Shown here: piece after piece, positions 26,508 to 40,670 of the stretch
Layout of the letters: every line of letters starts with the position of its first letter
Position numbering within the stretch: position 1 is the stretch's first letter
Assembly: GCF_006345805.1 (NCBI RefSeq)
Contig: NC_043004.1
Location: 92,256,001-92,320,000 of the forward strand
Direction of reading: 5' to 3'
Length of the DNA stretch: 64,000 nucleotides
Origin: Octopus sinensis
Lineage: Eukaryota
Notes under the pieces: generated by a model
The model's input: the letters and a program-made list of their open reading frames with translations, nothing else
Database searches by the model: none
What the model was told of the DNA's origin: nothing
Program-made: the position numbers and the translations under genes

Positions 26508-26941
26508 CAGGGTACTACGCTAAAAATAGAAGTCAAATACTTCTAAGCCACAGAAGAATCACAAAATTAATACAGGCATGATAGGAACAAAAAATTAGTA
26601 AACAAGAATAGCGTCCTACCTCTGTTAAGGTGCAAGAGTTAATTTGATATAATTTCGAATTTAGCGCCAAAGGAGCCTAAATCTCCTCAGTCAAATCTGC
26701 CAGGGATGACGACCAGAATTTGCCCCTGTAAATTCATTTAAGTGGTCGAACACCATTGAAACAAACGAATTCAGTGAAATTACTTAAGAACAATACTATT
26801 CCAAAAGATGATATCGTTGGTGGCCGCAAGCGTACAGCTGTATAGGCAAATTATGCCTGCATTAATTTTGTGCTTCTTCTGTGGCTCATAACTCTATTTT
26901 GACTTCTATTTTTAGGGAATCATGTGCTTCTGTAGTACCCT

Positions 26942-26942
<1 letters not shown>
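26508..26942. mobile_element. Element bounded by diverged ~75-95 bp inverted repeats (CAGGGTACTAC...GTAGTACCCTG), containing a hammerhead motif
   Basis: The left arm taaaaatagaagtcaaata...agccacagaagaa.cacaaaattaat.caggcat matches the reverse complement of ~26850-26942; flanked by (TA)n and (AC)n. Confidence 0.7.
26641..26696 (-). ncRNA. Minimal type-I hammerhead ribozyme motif
   Basis: - strand: ATTTGA CTGAGGA GATTTAG-gctcctttggcg-CTAAATTC GAAA TTATA TCAAAT. Canonical core, 6 bp stem I, 7 bp bulged stem II, AUA triplet. Confidence 0.65.
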
Positions 26943-27011
<69 letters not shown>

Positions 27012-28399
27012 CACTAATATATATATATATAATTTTAAAAATATGTTGTAAATAAACAAACGAACTTATACTAAACACACAGGTGAACAGAAAACACAGA
27101 AGGTCACCAACCCCTCACCAGTTATCGCACTGAGGGTCAAATGCAATTTCGGCCATTATCGATAATATTGCTTCCACATGATACATAAATACATACACAC
27201 ACACATACGCACATATATATATATATATATATATACATATATTGCGTGTGTGTGTATGTGTGTACACGCGTTTATGAACATCTACATACGCACACGTGCA
27301 CACACTCATATACATATATTCACATATACACATGCACGCACACATATAAATAATATATACGCAAACACGCACGCACACACACTCACATATACACATACAC
27401 AAAGATATACATCTATGAGCGGCAGCCCCACTATTTCAGTGTAAGGTAATCCAGACGTTCGATCTAACGGACGACTTACTGATTGAATTAGCATTCGAAG
27501 TGGCTGAGTATTCCCAAGACTAATGTATACTTCACCTAACTATCAGAGAGATCAAGGCTGGATCTTCTAATTACAGGTAGAGACAATTTTCTACGCAGTT
27601 TCTCTTATATCTATGTTACACGAAGCTCAAAAGTACTTATCGAAGATGCTCTTGTGAGCGATTCGTCCTGAGATTTCATAATTGTAAAACGAATTTCTTA
27701 ACCACTCAGCAACGACTGCATCGAATTATGTATGTGTGTACATGTGTGTGAGTGAGTGTGTCAGAGTGTGTGTGTCTGAGTGTATGTTTGTGTGTGTTTG
27801 TGTGTGTGTGTGTGTGTATGTGTGCCGGTACATGCACTTATATGTATATTATTATATTTAGCACACATTAATGCAGGCCTATATACACATAAACGCAAAT
27901 TCATACATGCACACAACCATGTATATATTACATAAATATACGCACGAATATGTATAGAAATGCATCTCCTTATATACTCTTGATTGCCAACATCTACCAC
28001 CACCACCAACATCACCACTACCATCACCACCACCGCTACGTCTACTATCACCTGTATCACTACTACCATGTTGACGACAAGGAACTTCTTCTAACGATGC
28101 CGCCACCACTATCAGACATAAAATAAAAACTAAAAAGTAATGGAAGAATTTAAACTAAGTAAAAATATATATCGACAACCGTAATGCCTCAAAAAAAAAA
28201 ATACAAATTAATACAAAAATACAACTGCCTCCACCTCTCCATAAAGAAATTACAATGGTTGGTTTACCGGAAATGAAAAGTTGAACGGAAATGGCTAGAT
28301 TTAATGATAGTTGGACTAAAATGGATGATGTATAAAATCTCATCACATCACACAAACACACACTCACATGCATACATCCATAAATATACATTCACATGG

Positions 28400-28550
28400 A
28401 TCCATGTTTGCATGTATGTATGTATACCTGAATGTAAGTACGTATGTATGTATGTATGTATGTATGTATGTATGTATGTACGTATGTATGTATGCTTGCA
28501 CGTATGTATGTATGTATGTAAGTATGTATGTATGCATGTATGTATGCATT

Positions 28551-28584
<34 letters not shown>

Positions 28585-28760
28585 TGTATGCATGTATGCA
28601 TTTATGTATGTACGTATGTATCTATATATGTATGTAAGTATGTATGTATGTATATATATGTATGTATGTATGTATGTATGCATGCATGTATGTATGTATG
28701 TATGTATGTATGTATGTATGTATGTATGTATGCATGCATGCATGTATGTACCTATGTGTG
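28400..28760. repeat. (TATG)n microsatellite array
   Basis: Directly visible. Confidence 0.95.
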
Positions 28761-29276
28761 TATTTTATGGCAATAGATAATGGTCGTAGATTGGTTTCGT
28801 TAAGTCCTTACACAGCAAGAGATCTCCAATCGATGAACTTCATAGGATGAGCCAGCAGAAATGCAGACAGCAGTCCGGCGATGAAAGGATCGTACTCTAT
28901 GTCACCGTACACAACAGTTATTTCTGATTTAGTGGAATTTTAAAGTGTTAGTTTTCACATTATGTCGTTTTCTTGGTAGATAATGTCAGGATATTACAGC
29001 GTATATATATGTGTGTGTGTGTGTGTGTCTGTGTGGCGGGGGGTCCTTTCTTGTTCTCATTTCTTTCTTCTCGTTCCATTTTGGCATCAACATTCTTTCC
29101 GTTTTTCCTGTCATTTTCGCATTGTCCCTAAACGGAGTCTGAAAAGTTGCTTCGAGATACATGGCGTATTATATAAATAAGTTTAGTTAAAGTATCATGA
29201 CAGCATGAAACTATTAGTAGCTCTTTTTGTTGTGTATTAAATTGATACACACACACGCACACACACATATACATAT

Positions 29277-29329
<53 letters not shown>

Positions 29330-29860
29330 GAATATATATAACGCATATACAGTACCTGAAAGATTGCCTTAAAATTCATGACGCATTTTATATTAGTAGC
29401 TTTTTTCGGCTGTGTATTTAAATCGGTGTTTATCTTCCACTGGATCGAGTACTATTTTGTTGATCGTACTTCTATTGGATCTGTAAACTACACACACATA
29501 CACTCACACACACACACACACACACATAAAAACACACACACAAACCTACCAATAAACATCTATAAGCGATGTGTAGGGCATGCGAATACATCTATAAAAT
29601 TTGTTTATAATACATAGTTTTAAAGACTCATTCAGCGTGCGGGAAAATGGGAGAAATTTCTTGTACGGCACGAAATACGCATATCGTGGCAATCTAAAGC
29701 AAATGGGACAACAATGCACCAAGGTGTCTCTCCAACATTCAACCATCCAAATTAGACGTTTTACACTGCCAACCGAGGAAATAATCAGTTTGCGTTTACA
29801 ACGTAGAAAAACATATAATATATATACAAACATACATACATACATACATACATACATACA

Positions 29861-29896
<36 letters not shown>

Positions 29897-30376
29897 TATA
29901 TATATGTCGGTCTGTCAGTCAATATATGTATATATACATATATATGTATATATACATATATGTATATATACATATATTGACCGACAGACCGACAGGATTT
30001 CGCTGGCATAACGAACGTGATGTGAGGCATCTGTGTATCACAGGGCGCAAAAGTGCTATCTGCGTCTGTGTGTAAATGTTTTTAACCTTTGGATGGTTTT
30101 CGGCATTAGACTGCAACCATACCGGTTAACTATGTTCAAAGTTGTGGTCAACGAAATCTGTCCACTGCACTTTATTGACTTCTTGAGCGGCTAACTGGAC
30201 CTGGACGCTCAGGAATCATTGAATATTTATTGATAAATTTAAAACCTACAGAACGTATAGTATGGTCTTCTCTTTCGTTCATGGAAATATACATATGTAT
30301 ATGTGTATTGTGTACAAATAAATGTCCCTACATGTACGTACTTACACACCCACTCACACACACATACACGCATATA

Positions 30377-30457
<81 letters not shown>

Positions 30458-30479
30458 TATATGGTCATAACACGTATAT

Positions 30480-31930
30480 TTCCAAATTGTGTGTTTGTGT
30501 GTTTTCGTGTGTATGCCTGTGCAGTATGTATGTCATTATTCAGTTTATTTCAAGATTTCTTGTCAATAGTGAAAAAGCTGGTTTCTAAACTAGATCCAAG
30601 GCCCCTTCATTGGAATTTCAACATCAACAGGAGGGTATTTATATTTTTTTGTATGTATGTATGTATGTAAGTATGTATATATGTGCAGATTTGCATGTCT
30701 TATGTATGTATTCTCATGCATATAGTTGCATATGTAGGCATGCTCATATATATTTAAATGATAAATGTCTGGAAAGTTTTACAGATCTTTACAGTTCCAG
30801 TGATGGACTGGATCTGTAGTCTTCGAATTAGCTTTCTCCTTTCTGCTTTTGAGAAGCTTAATTTCTCAAGATTGGTATTTAGGCAGTGTATTACATATCT
30901 CAGGGCCCCAATAATTACAGGTATAAACCTGAGCTTGTAATCTAGATAGAGTAACTGTAGATTTCTCAATAGTTCAGCATAGGTGTTCTCTTTTTAACTG
31001 GTCTTCATCTTTATGTTACATCCTCTGGGCAGTTAATTTCCAAAGCTGTGCATAGTTTCTCTTCTCTATCCCAAATCATTATATCAGGTCTGCTGTGCTT
31101 ATATTTTATTGAGGTCTTCATTAGTACATTCCATCACTATTTCTTTTTATCATGAGCGGCTATGGCTTCTACCATATTATGGATTGTTATTTCTTTGTCC
31201 TTGAGATTATCCTTCTGACGGATTTCATTATAGATAGAGTGTCCTTTCCAGAACGTCATGTCTCATCGGTAGATAGTACCGTAATGACATTTTCGGACAA
31301 CTGCTTACGATGTGGCTGATACCTTCGCTGTTAACTCCACAAAGTCTGCATCGGTTGTCACATTTTACTGCTTTTTCTGCATCTCTATCCCTTTTGTGCA
31401 CAGGTACATGGTTGGTATTTCTTGTTCCTGGATTGCAAACGCATACCCTTCAAAGTGGGAGGTAATAATCCGGCTACTCATCCATGATAAACTTATTTGA
31501 TGTCTGATGTTACTATCATCACATAGCTTTATACTAACATGTCCATGCATCGTCTTCTGCTCATATTGTCTCACCCTTTCGTCTGATGATACGTTGCGGT
31601 AGATTCGTGCGACTTCTTTGGGAATGTATTCTAGGTTATCAGACAAAGAGTGTTACTCAAGGAGCTGCCTCTCAAGTCTTATGATGTTATCAGCCTATTG
31701 TATGCAAACTTGTTCAAGGAATGCACTTCGACACTTGGTGGTTAAAAGATCTTGCCGAAGGGATATGATGCGACATTTTGGATCGATGTTAAGCCTCTGC
31801 CACCTTGTTTTCGTTTTGAGTACAGGCAGTCTACGTCAATGTTTAGGTGGAAATTATGTGTGCGTGTCAGTATTTTTCAGGTTTTGACATCAATGGCTCG
31901 GATCTCATCAAGTGCCCAGTCAAGCAGCCC
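30480..31930 (-). mobile_element. R4/Dong-like REL-endonuclease LINE, 3' portion
   Basis: The - strand gives HFEGYAFAIQEQEIPTMYL, a CCHC knuckle CRLCGVNSEGISHIVSSC, the REL motif HSRPDIMIWDR and a C-terminal LRNLQLLY...FIPVIIGAL...TGTVKICKTF, with stops and frameshifts. Confidence 0.8.
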
Positions 31931-31984
31931 CAATGTATGTATGTATGTATGTATGTATGTATGTATGTATGTATGTATGTATGT

Positions 31985-32250
31985 ATTCATGTCATTATTC
32001 AGTTTTATTTCAAGCTTTCTTGCCTATAGAGACAAAGTTAGTTTCCAACTTAGAGTCAAGGCTCCTTCATTGGAATTGCAACATCAACAACAGGGTATTT
32101 TTTTATATGTATATATACATGTATGTATGTATGTATGTATGTATGTATGTATGTATGTATGTATGTATGTATGTGTGTATGTATGTATAAGTGCAAATGT
32201 GTATGTTTTGCTTATGTATGTTATGTATATATGTATGCCTCTAAGTGTCT
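31985..32250 (-). mobile_element. Second, diverged copy of the same LINE 3' UTR
   Basis: atgtcattattcagttt...caaggctccttcattggaattgcaacatcaac matches 30530-30650. Confidence 0.7.
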
Positions 32251-32949
32251 TCTTGTAAAAAAGCACATGCTCAAGGAGCGAGCGTGTCTCAGAAATTCTG
32301 CTCTCATTGACATCGATCACATTCAGACTTCACAATCTAAGAGTCGCATCGCGTATTGCTTCCTCCAGCCGACACCATTGCTACGTGCATTTATGTATTT
32401 CACTCTTCATTGCAACGTTCTGACTTATTTGTGACATACTACGAATGTGCATGAAGAGAATCAACTTTTTCTTTTTAGTTGCAAATTCAGTTCTTTAGAA
32501 GGGTTTGTCCTGAAATTGTTGGATATTAAATAAGGATAACCATCTTCTGATGGGCAAAGTAGCACCATGTCGCCTGCAAATATCAGCCAACGGATTCACT
32601 AACCAACGATTGTGATACAGCTTCCACAAACGTCTGAGCATGTCAATGCCTTCCATTAAAATTACGAAAAGGCAAAGTGACGATATGCCTCCTGCCGGAG
32701 TTCACGTTGAGCGTTTTGACTCAGCACCATTGAACCGAACACAAAGATCTAGACATTCGCATAAAGACTTCGCATAACTAGATGATGCCCATAAATCCAA
32801 ACTCCTGCAAACCCCCACCCCATAGTATGTCACACAGTATGCGATCACATATGCCATTTCGAGGCACATTTATGTCTGAAAATAGCATTATTCCACACTG
32901 CACCCATATTATAAGGTCGATCCGGCCCTAGCTGAAGACAGACAGACAG

Positions 32950-33290
32950 AAAATGGAAAGTCCAGGAGGTGGCGGATGCAGTAAAGGAAAGCCTTACGAT
33001 CAGAGAAATATTGGGACACACTCAGGTCAATAGACATGGTCTGGGGGTGCGTAACAAAAATGGAAAGATGGACAGCGACCCGGGAAAGATGAGGAAAGGT
33101 CTGATTTTAGAAAAGGAAGAAGATGCAATACGAATCCTGAAGATAGTACAGTAGAGCCAACAGGACCAGTAGATGATGTGGAAAGGTGCTTTCCAGAAGT
33201 GTCTCAGCTGGAACAACCTGTGGAATGTGGCACTTCTGAGAATACCTTTTATCCTCAGATCTATCTATGATCTCTCATCTATGATCTACA
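32950..33290 (+). mobile_element. HERO/NeSL-like non-LTR retrotransposon fragment
   Basis: REILGHTQVNRHGLG...Q*SQQDQ*MMWKG...LSWNNLWNVALLRIPFILRSIYDL resembles the HERO-type motif GxxxxGRxGLG...QQGxWxxW...TWxxLW...RISFLLRSVYD (recalled consensus). Confidence 0.5.
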
Positions 33291-34214
33291 TTCGAATATG
33301 GACCTTGGGAATTTCTTACCACTACTCAGGACTTTCAAGCAACACAAACACTAACAAGTCATTGTCAGTAACTATATAACTAATAGTTACTCTCAGAACT
33401 ACAGCGAAAGACATTAAATATAAAATAAACCACTTATTATATTATATTATAGCAACTTCTAGCTTATACAAATGCAGAATTTGAATCAGAGACAGGCATT
33501 AAAGGTGAGTTAAGTGCATGGCTGGTACACCAAAATATAATAATATAAACATTGAAAATTGACGTCATAAGAATTTTATACGTTTCGAGACAACGTGAAA
33601 TAATTCTGTTTTGGAAGAGTGGATCCCAAAGCACATAAAACTAATGGCATGTGAATATTGGGTTCAAAAACCCCTTTCGTATTAAGACGTCGGCTGACTG
33701 TGGGACATGAACCCACATATCCAATTAAAATATTAGTTACGTCTACAGGAGGTGTGGATTCGTGTTAGATGGGCAACCTTCGATTTTTTTTTTATCTAAA
33801 GGATTTTTCAGCCCAAAATTTACATGTTATTATTCATACCTTTAAGTGCTTCGAAATCCGGTGCTCCAAGAAAGAAATATTAACTGCTGAATCGAGAGAA
33901 AATGAATAACAGATTTGCGCAAAATAGTTGTTTTTCGTTAAAAAATTCCCAGTATTTCAATGACAAAACTCCATATTATCTTTGCTGTAATTACATTGCT
34001 ATTAACAAAAGCTGGTGATATAAATAAGTGTCAGCATTCCATTTTTGTTAGATTCTATATGAGAATACAGAGCGTGAAATCTTTATGGGAGTTCTTCGTA
34101 TGAATATTCAATTGCATTGATTTTTTCTTCAACTGTGATTACCGTAAGAATGGGGTTTAGAATAATAGCATAATGCAAACTACTTTTTACAAATGCAGCC
34201 AATACATATGGAAG

Positions 34215-34247
34215 TATTCGCATATACATACACACATACATACATAC

Positions 34248-34278
<31 letters not shown>

Positions 34279-34350
34279 CATACATACATACATACATACA
34301 CACACATACACACATACACACATACATACATACATACGTACGTACATACA

Positions 34351-34384
<34 letters not shown>

Positions 34385-34400
34385 AATACATATATACACA
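34215..34400. repeat. (CATA)n/(CA)n microsatellite
   Basis: Directly visible. Confidence 0.95.
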
Positions 34401-34589
34401 CACGCATACATATATAGCTAATATGCATAATGCGTATTTTGTGAATAAGGAAATTATAAAACACTTATAGATTATAAAAGTACATATACATCACACACAC
34501 ACAATCACATACAAATGAATTTATGTATATGTATATGTATAAACACATACATGCTTTCGTACATATGATTGCTTATTCACAGCCATGTA

Positions 34590-34900
34590 CTATAAGGAGA
34601 TAACTGAGGAGGTAGAGAGGTAGGAGTAGAAAGCTGGAGAAAAATGGTGACGGAAGGAGGAGGAAAGCAAGAATAAAAGACGGGGAATAGTGGGAAAAGA
34701 TGAAGAGAAATGTGAAAAGAAAGGCAGAGAGAGAGGGAGCGAGAAAAGAGCGTGGAGGAAGTGCAAGAGAAAGGGGAAGCGATGAAGGAGGAGAGAGAGG
34801 GAGGAAGGGGGAACGATGAAGGAGGAAAGAGAGGGAGAAAAGAGGAGCGATGAAGGAGGAAAGAGAAGGAAAAGGACAAGAATTGTAGAGAAGAACGGAA
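34590..34900 (+). repeat. Purine-rich low-complexity tract with three CGATGAAGGAGGA copies
   Basis: Directly visible. Confidence 0.8.
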
Positions 34901-35445
34901 AACAGGTGGTTTTACTTGGAGAAACACAAGGGCCGTGTGCACTAATACTTTAACAGAGGCATATAAGACCGATGGGGTCGTTTTCCAGTATCCGAGTATG
35001 AATTTACTTTCACCTATAGAAAGGGGGGAATTGCTCTGCTTTTCTGTGGAGATGCTTGTTTCCCAGGATTTTGTTAGAATTACCCTTCTGTCTACAGTGC
35101 AAAGCCTTCATCTCTGGCTTGCTTTCTTCCATAGTCTGCGATTCTTCAGCTGTTATCAAAGTCTGTACCAGTTTTCTTTTAATTGTTTGATGTAACTTGC
35201 AAGTTTAGTAGTATTCCGTTTTTTTGATGTTTCTAAATGAGACGTGGTTGAAATAACTTCAGTTAAAGGGTCATTCAGTCAATCTGGTGTATCATTTTAG
35301 GTTGGTGTTCATGTTTTCACCCACAAATTTTACTTATTCTTCTTAAATAATTTCCTCGGTGTTACAGGCTGCATTCAACAGACATACGGTGGTGTTCCTG
35401 AATGAATGAGCCACAATTCTTAGGAACGTTTGGCAGAGGACAGTA

Positions 35446-35855
35446 GCTGGCAGAAACGTTAGCACGCCGGGCGAAATGCTTAGCGGTATTTTCGTCTGCC
35501 GTTACGTTCTGAGTTCAAATTCCATCGATGTCGACTTTGCTTTTCATCATTTCGGGGTCGATAAATCAAGTACCAGTGACGCACTGGGGTCGATGTAATC
35601 GACTTAATCCCTTTGTCTGTCCTTGTTTGTCCCCTCTGTGTTTAGCCTCTTGTGGGTAGTAAAGAAATAGGTATTTCGTCTGCCGTTACGTTCTGAGTTC
35701 AAATTCCGCCGATGTCGACTTTGCCTTTCATCATTTCAGGGTCGATAAATTAAGTACCAGTTACGCACTAGGATCGATGTAATCGACATAATCCCCTTGT
35801 CTGTCCTTGTTTGTCCCCTCTATGTTTAGCTCCTTGTGGGCAATAATGAAATAAG
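35446..35855 (+). mobile_element. SINE family B dimer
   Basis: A-box ctggcagaaacgttagc and B-box gttcaaattcc; central gtcgactttgcctttcatc...gtcgataaattaagtaccag (Meta-domain-like, from recall); second unit joined through gtagtaaagaaataggtatttcgtc. Confidence 0.9.
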
Positions 35856-37323
35856 CGGACAGAAGCTCTATGATGATCGGTGCTGCCTAAAGTGCAACAG
35901 AATTTTTTATCATGTTGTTTACCATAATGTTTAATAGGTAAAACTGTCAGCAAGTGATGGAATTGGGGAGAAATTCGTTATGTTAGGTGAGGAGCATTTA
36001 ATCATCAACATTTAGACTATTTTGGTAGAAGGCAATGTTCATTTCTATATAAAATCTAATTGAGAACCTAGAGAACTCTTTATCTAACTAGTGTCTAAAA
36101 GACACATACTGATTGTTCATTTCTACATTGGCGTATTCAGAAGATCCAATAGGTATGTATGGAGCAGGTATTCTATGATTTCGCATATGGACTAACCACT
36201 TGGTCCCCTCATGCATCTAAAATGCAATTCTAGTTTCAAGTACTAAATAACATGACTTTCCCTGAAAAGTACTGAACGCACTAATACAATCCTGGTGTAC
36301 TGACCCACTCGAGGCACAGGCAATTGTTCGCTTATATCTGTTTATATCCAGTACCATGGGTAAACAAAACGAGTGGAGATTATAGGGACAAATTTATAAA
36401 AATAGAGGTTTACAATAGAGGTTTACAAAACTGAGTACGAGAAACGAGACATGAAAATATCACAGTGTAAACGGAAGTGGAATTAGTCGTTCCAACATGG
36501 AGGCAATTTCTTGAAACCTTCACGGAACCATCATGGAACTTTACAGGTCCCAAATTGATCTAATGGCTAAAATTAAGCGCCCTCTACAAGATGTGTTTGA
36601 CCTTTATGTACGCAGTGAGCAGGCCAATTCTGTGAGGTCATATAAGGTGCTCTTTTCAACTTTTCAAAAAAATTACAGGACGACAGAAGTTACCTTTCTA
36701 CCCACATTTTTTATTCCAAATCGAAATGAAGAGGAAGAAAGGAAAAAGAGAAGAGAAAACAGGGAGAGGAAGGCCAAAAGTAATAAAAAATAACAACAGC
36801 TATATTAATGATGAAGAAGATGGTAAAGATGAAGATGATAATAATGGTGATGATGGTGAGGATAATTGGCACAACTATTGGGCGTTAAAAGGGTTACCGT
36901 CTAAATATATTTATTATCCGACAAAGTAGCAACACCCGATACATAAATATGAACTTGCCAAATTTCGTGTTATGAAAAGTCCTAATCGAAACGCATAGAC
37001 ACACATTGATACACTCCACAGAGAGAGAGGGGGGGGGAGAAATGCAAACACATACAAGTGTACAAAAGCACACACACTGGTACACATACACATACAAACA
37101 CGGAAAGGTAAACACGCGCACATATACACAGGCGTACGCATGTATATGTGTGGAAAGATAAATATGGAAATAAATATATAGATATATAAGAGAAACAATA
37201 TTGTAACAAATATGGAAGTAAACAAGATACATGTGTGTATGTATATGTGTGCGTGGTAATATATATATATATATGTGTGTGTGTATATATATGTATATAT
37301 ATATGTGTGCGTGTATATATATG

Positions 37324-37370
<47 letters not shown>

Positions 37371-37399
37371 GCATATATACACACACATATATATACACA

Positions 37400-37446
<47 letters not shown>

Positions 37447-38099
37447 ACATATATATATATGTATAATATTGCGGATATATATCAGGTGTATGTATATAAT
37501 GCACACACATCTCTCTGTGTGTGAATATTATTGCGAATAAGGTTAGAAAATACAAAACAACATTGCTTCATCATCACCATCATCATCATTATTAATTTTT
37601 TTACATTTCCATCTTTTTTACATATATTATACTAATATATTTATTATTATATATATTATTCACATTATTATTATTAATATTATTATTATTATCATTATTA
37701 TTATTATTATTATTATTATTGAGTGAGAGAGCAGTTCATGCCATCAAAGTGACACTTATTATTATTATTATTATATTATTATTATTATTATTATTTGTTT
37801 ACGATTCTGCTTTTTGTTTTTACTTTCACTTTGGCTTTTCGTGTTTTTGCTCTTGTTTCATTCACCTTAAGTGCAAAGACTAGTGCAGCTGTCAATAAAA
37901 TAATATTGCTTTATATATGGAACATATGGAATTATTTATAGACCGTAAAGGTGCCTTCACTGAGGCTGGTCAAAGAGGCGTTAATGCCCGATATGGTTTA
38001 TCATGTTTACGTTTTTAATAACATCAATTTGATCAAACGATATATTCTCTGTTCTGCCGCCTGCCTAGAGCAAGGTGATACTACTTATGAAAACAAATG

Positions 38100-38384
<285 letters not shown>

Positions 38385-38990
38385 TATTTGATTTGATTTG
38401 ATCTAGTTTCAGCTCATGAACTGTGGCCATGCTGGGGCACCGCCATTTGGTGTTGATACATAATTTTACTTCACGAAATTCTTTTTAAAAATTGACATTT
38501 GGTGCATGAGGGAGTTTGATGCGGCTGCCCTCATATGCATCTCCTACTGTGAAGTTGGTTCATCTGGGACACTTGACAGTAAGAGATCCACTTTCGTTTT
38601 AAAAACACCTACATCCACCCCATGCAGTTCTCTCAGGTCCTTCGAGAAGATATTAAAGAGCTGTGGTCCCCAGTAGCTTATATGCTGCATAGAGGCTATC
38701 TTTTCGCGCAGCTTCGTTGGATTGTCTCAAGTTCTGTAATTAATTTGGAACTCGTTGGTGACCATAGCTGGAAGCAATAATCAAAGTGGCTCACTACAAA
38801 TGTCCTCCGGATGACTATCGTGGTTTCTCGATCTCTTGTTCTAAAACTTCTAAGAATCTATCCGGTCAGCTGCCTGCATTTCATTGCCAACATAGCAGCA
38901 TGCACATGGAAGGGTGCATCAATACTCATGTAAATGCCCAGTTTTTGCATTGACTGTGTCTCTGGTATTGCAATCCCTCCATGTCCAATG
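38385..38990 (-). mobile_element. CR1-clade LINE 3' end with (ATCAA)n tail
   Basis: The - strand translates YWGPQLFNIFSKDLRELHGVDVGVFKTKVDLLLSSVPDEP; terminal GGCGGTGCCCCAGCATGGCCACAG...CTGAAAC. Confidence 0.8.
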
Positions 38991-39072
38991 TATTTAATTG
39001 GTATTGCATTTAGTTTTGCATGCTGATAGCACTAGGCTATTGATACATACATACATACATACATACATACAT

Positions 39073-39139
<67 letters not shown>

Positions 39140-39194
39140 ATATTGAATTTCTAAATGTCTCAAAGAGACATGAGCGGTGGTGGAGCGATAGAGG

Positions 39195-39316
39195 GGTTGT
39201 ATAATGTCAACATAACGTGACAATCCCGTAAAGGGAATTACACCACCGCTAGGGCTAAATAGCGGTGGTGTAATTCCCTTTACGGGATTGTCACGTTATG
39301 TTGACATTATACAACC
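39195..39316. repeat. Perfect 57 bp inverted repeat, 8 nt loop
   Basis: Arms 39195-39251 and 39260-39316 are exact reverse complements. Confidence 0.97.
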
Positions 39317-39317
39317 A

Positions 39318-39365
<48 letters not shown>

Positions 39366-39554
39366 TAACATTGTGTGTGTATTAAATCTTACTTTCTTAA
39401 ATCTTTATATCCATACTGTTTTATGGAGAATTTCCGTGAGAATTTCTCGTGACAAGTAGTGCAGACTATTCGAACAAGATAAATATGGTTGTACATAACT
39501 ATATAAACATATATAGAGAGTCATAGAAAAAGTACTAAGCTAACAAAGAATAAG

Positions 39555-39785
39555 TCCTAAGGTCGATTTGTTCGTCTAAAGGTGATGTTCCAGCATGTAC
39601 AAGAATAAAAGATTATATATATATTCTTTTTAGAAATTAACACTTGTTGCATAAGGGAGTTTGATGTCGCTACTCTCATCTGCACCTTCTTCTGTGAAGT
39701 TGGTTCATCTGGGACATTTGACAGTAAGAGATCCAGTTTCGTTTTGAAAACACCTACATCCACCAACATGCAGGTCTCTTAGGTC
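39555..39785 (-). mobile_element. Short CR1-clade LINE 3' fragment, same family as 38385-38990
   Basis: LVDVGVFKTKLDLLLSNVPDEPTSQ. Confidence 0.75.
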
Positions 39786-39799
39786 CTTCGGGGATATAT

Positions 39800-39947
39800 A
39801 TGTATATCCTTGTTTTTCCTGTGTCCCTTTCTGTAGAAGAGCGTAGGCTCGAAACGTAAAAGACTTTTTCTATTCCTGAGCGTTATACTAATACATCTGT
39901 TTTTGTACACCACCTGTCTTCGTCTTTTGTTGTTTTCGTAAACTCTC

Positions 39948-39960
<13 letters not shown>
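39800..39960 (+). mobile_element. Short TA-docked element carrying a variant hammerhead motif (39827-39862)
   Basis: cttt CTGTAGA A GAGC-gtag-GCTC GAAA CG TA aaag; near-identical copy at 42440-42610; ends in (TA)n. Confidence 0.7.
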
Positions 39961-40009
<49 letters not shown>

Positions 40010-40149
40010 AATAAGACGTGTGTGTGTGTGGCTTTTGGGAACTGAATCTCCAAGTGCATTTAATGATATGTTAAAATTAGGTTGAAAACCTTTTTGCATA
40101 GAAACAATCGAAGGCTGTCCGTGGGACATTTGTCAAGATATGCTTATCC

Positions 40150-40510
40150 CAGCATGGGTGTGTCTTCAAGAAGCTCGCTTTGCATCTAGGTGGTTTCGGA
40201 TTCAGTTCCATAGTGCGGTCCTTTGAGCAAGTGCCTTTTACTTTGTCCCTGGGCCGACAAAAAAACCTTGTGAGTGGATTTAATAGGTGCAAACTGAAAG
40301 AAGCCCATTGTGCATACGTGTAGGTGTACGTGCGTGTTTGTGTGTGTGCATGTCTGTATGTCTGTGCGCGCGCGTGTGTGTATGTAGCTGTGTTTGTTTC
40401 CCCCCACAGCTTGGCAACCCGTGGTGGTTTGCTTTCTTCCTCGTAACTGTGTAAAACATACTGAAAGCATAAGGACCAGGCTTACAGACAAAATTAAGTA
40501 CTACAAAATT
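40150..40510 (+). mobile_element. SINE family A, diverged
   Basis: ggattcagttcc, ctttgagcaagtgcc, ccttgtgagtggattt...aactgaaagaagccc, then (TG)n and cttggcaacc. Confidence 0.6.
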
Positions 40511-40670
40511 AAGTGTATATATATATATATATTAATTAGGGTATCTACGAGATACCACCATGCTGAAAATAGCAGCCATGATCTGACTCTAATACCACCT
40601 TAATTGTCCATATATCAACACGGAGAGAAAATAAAGAGACAAGATGAAACTAGTACAAAATTACTGGATA

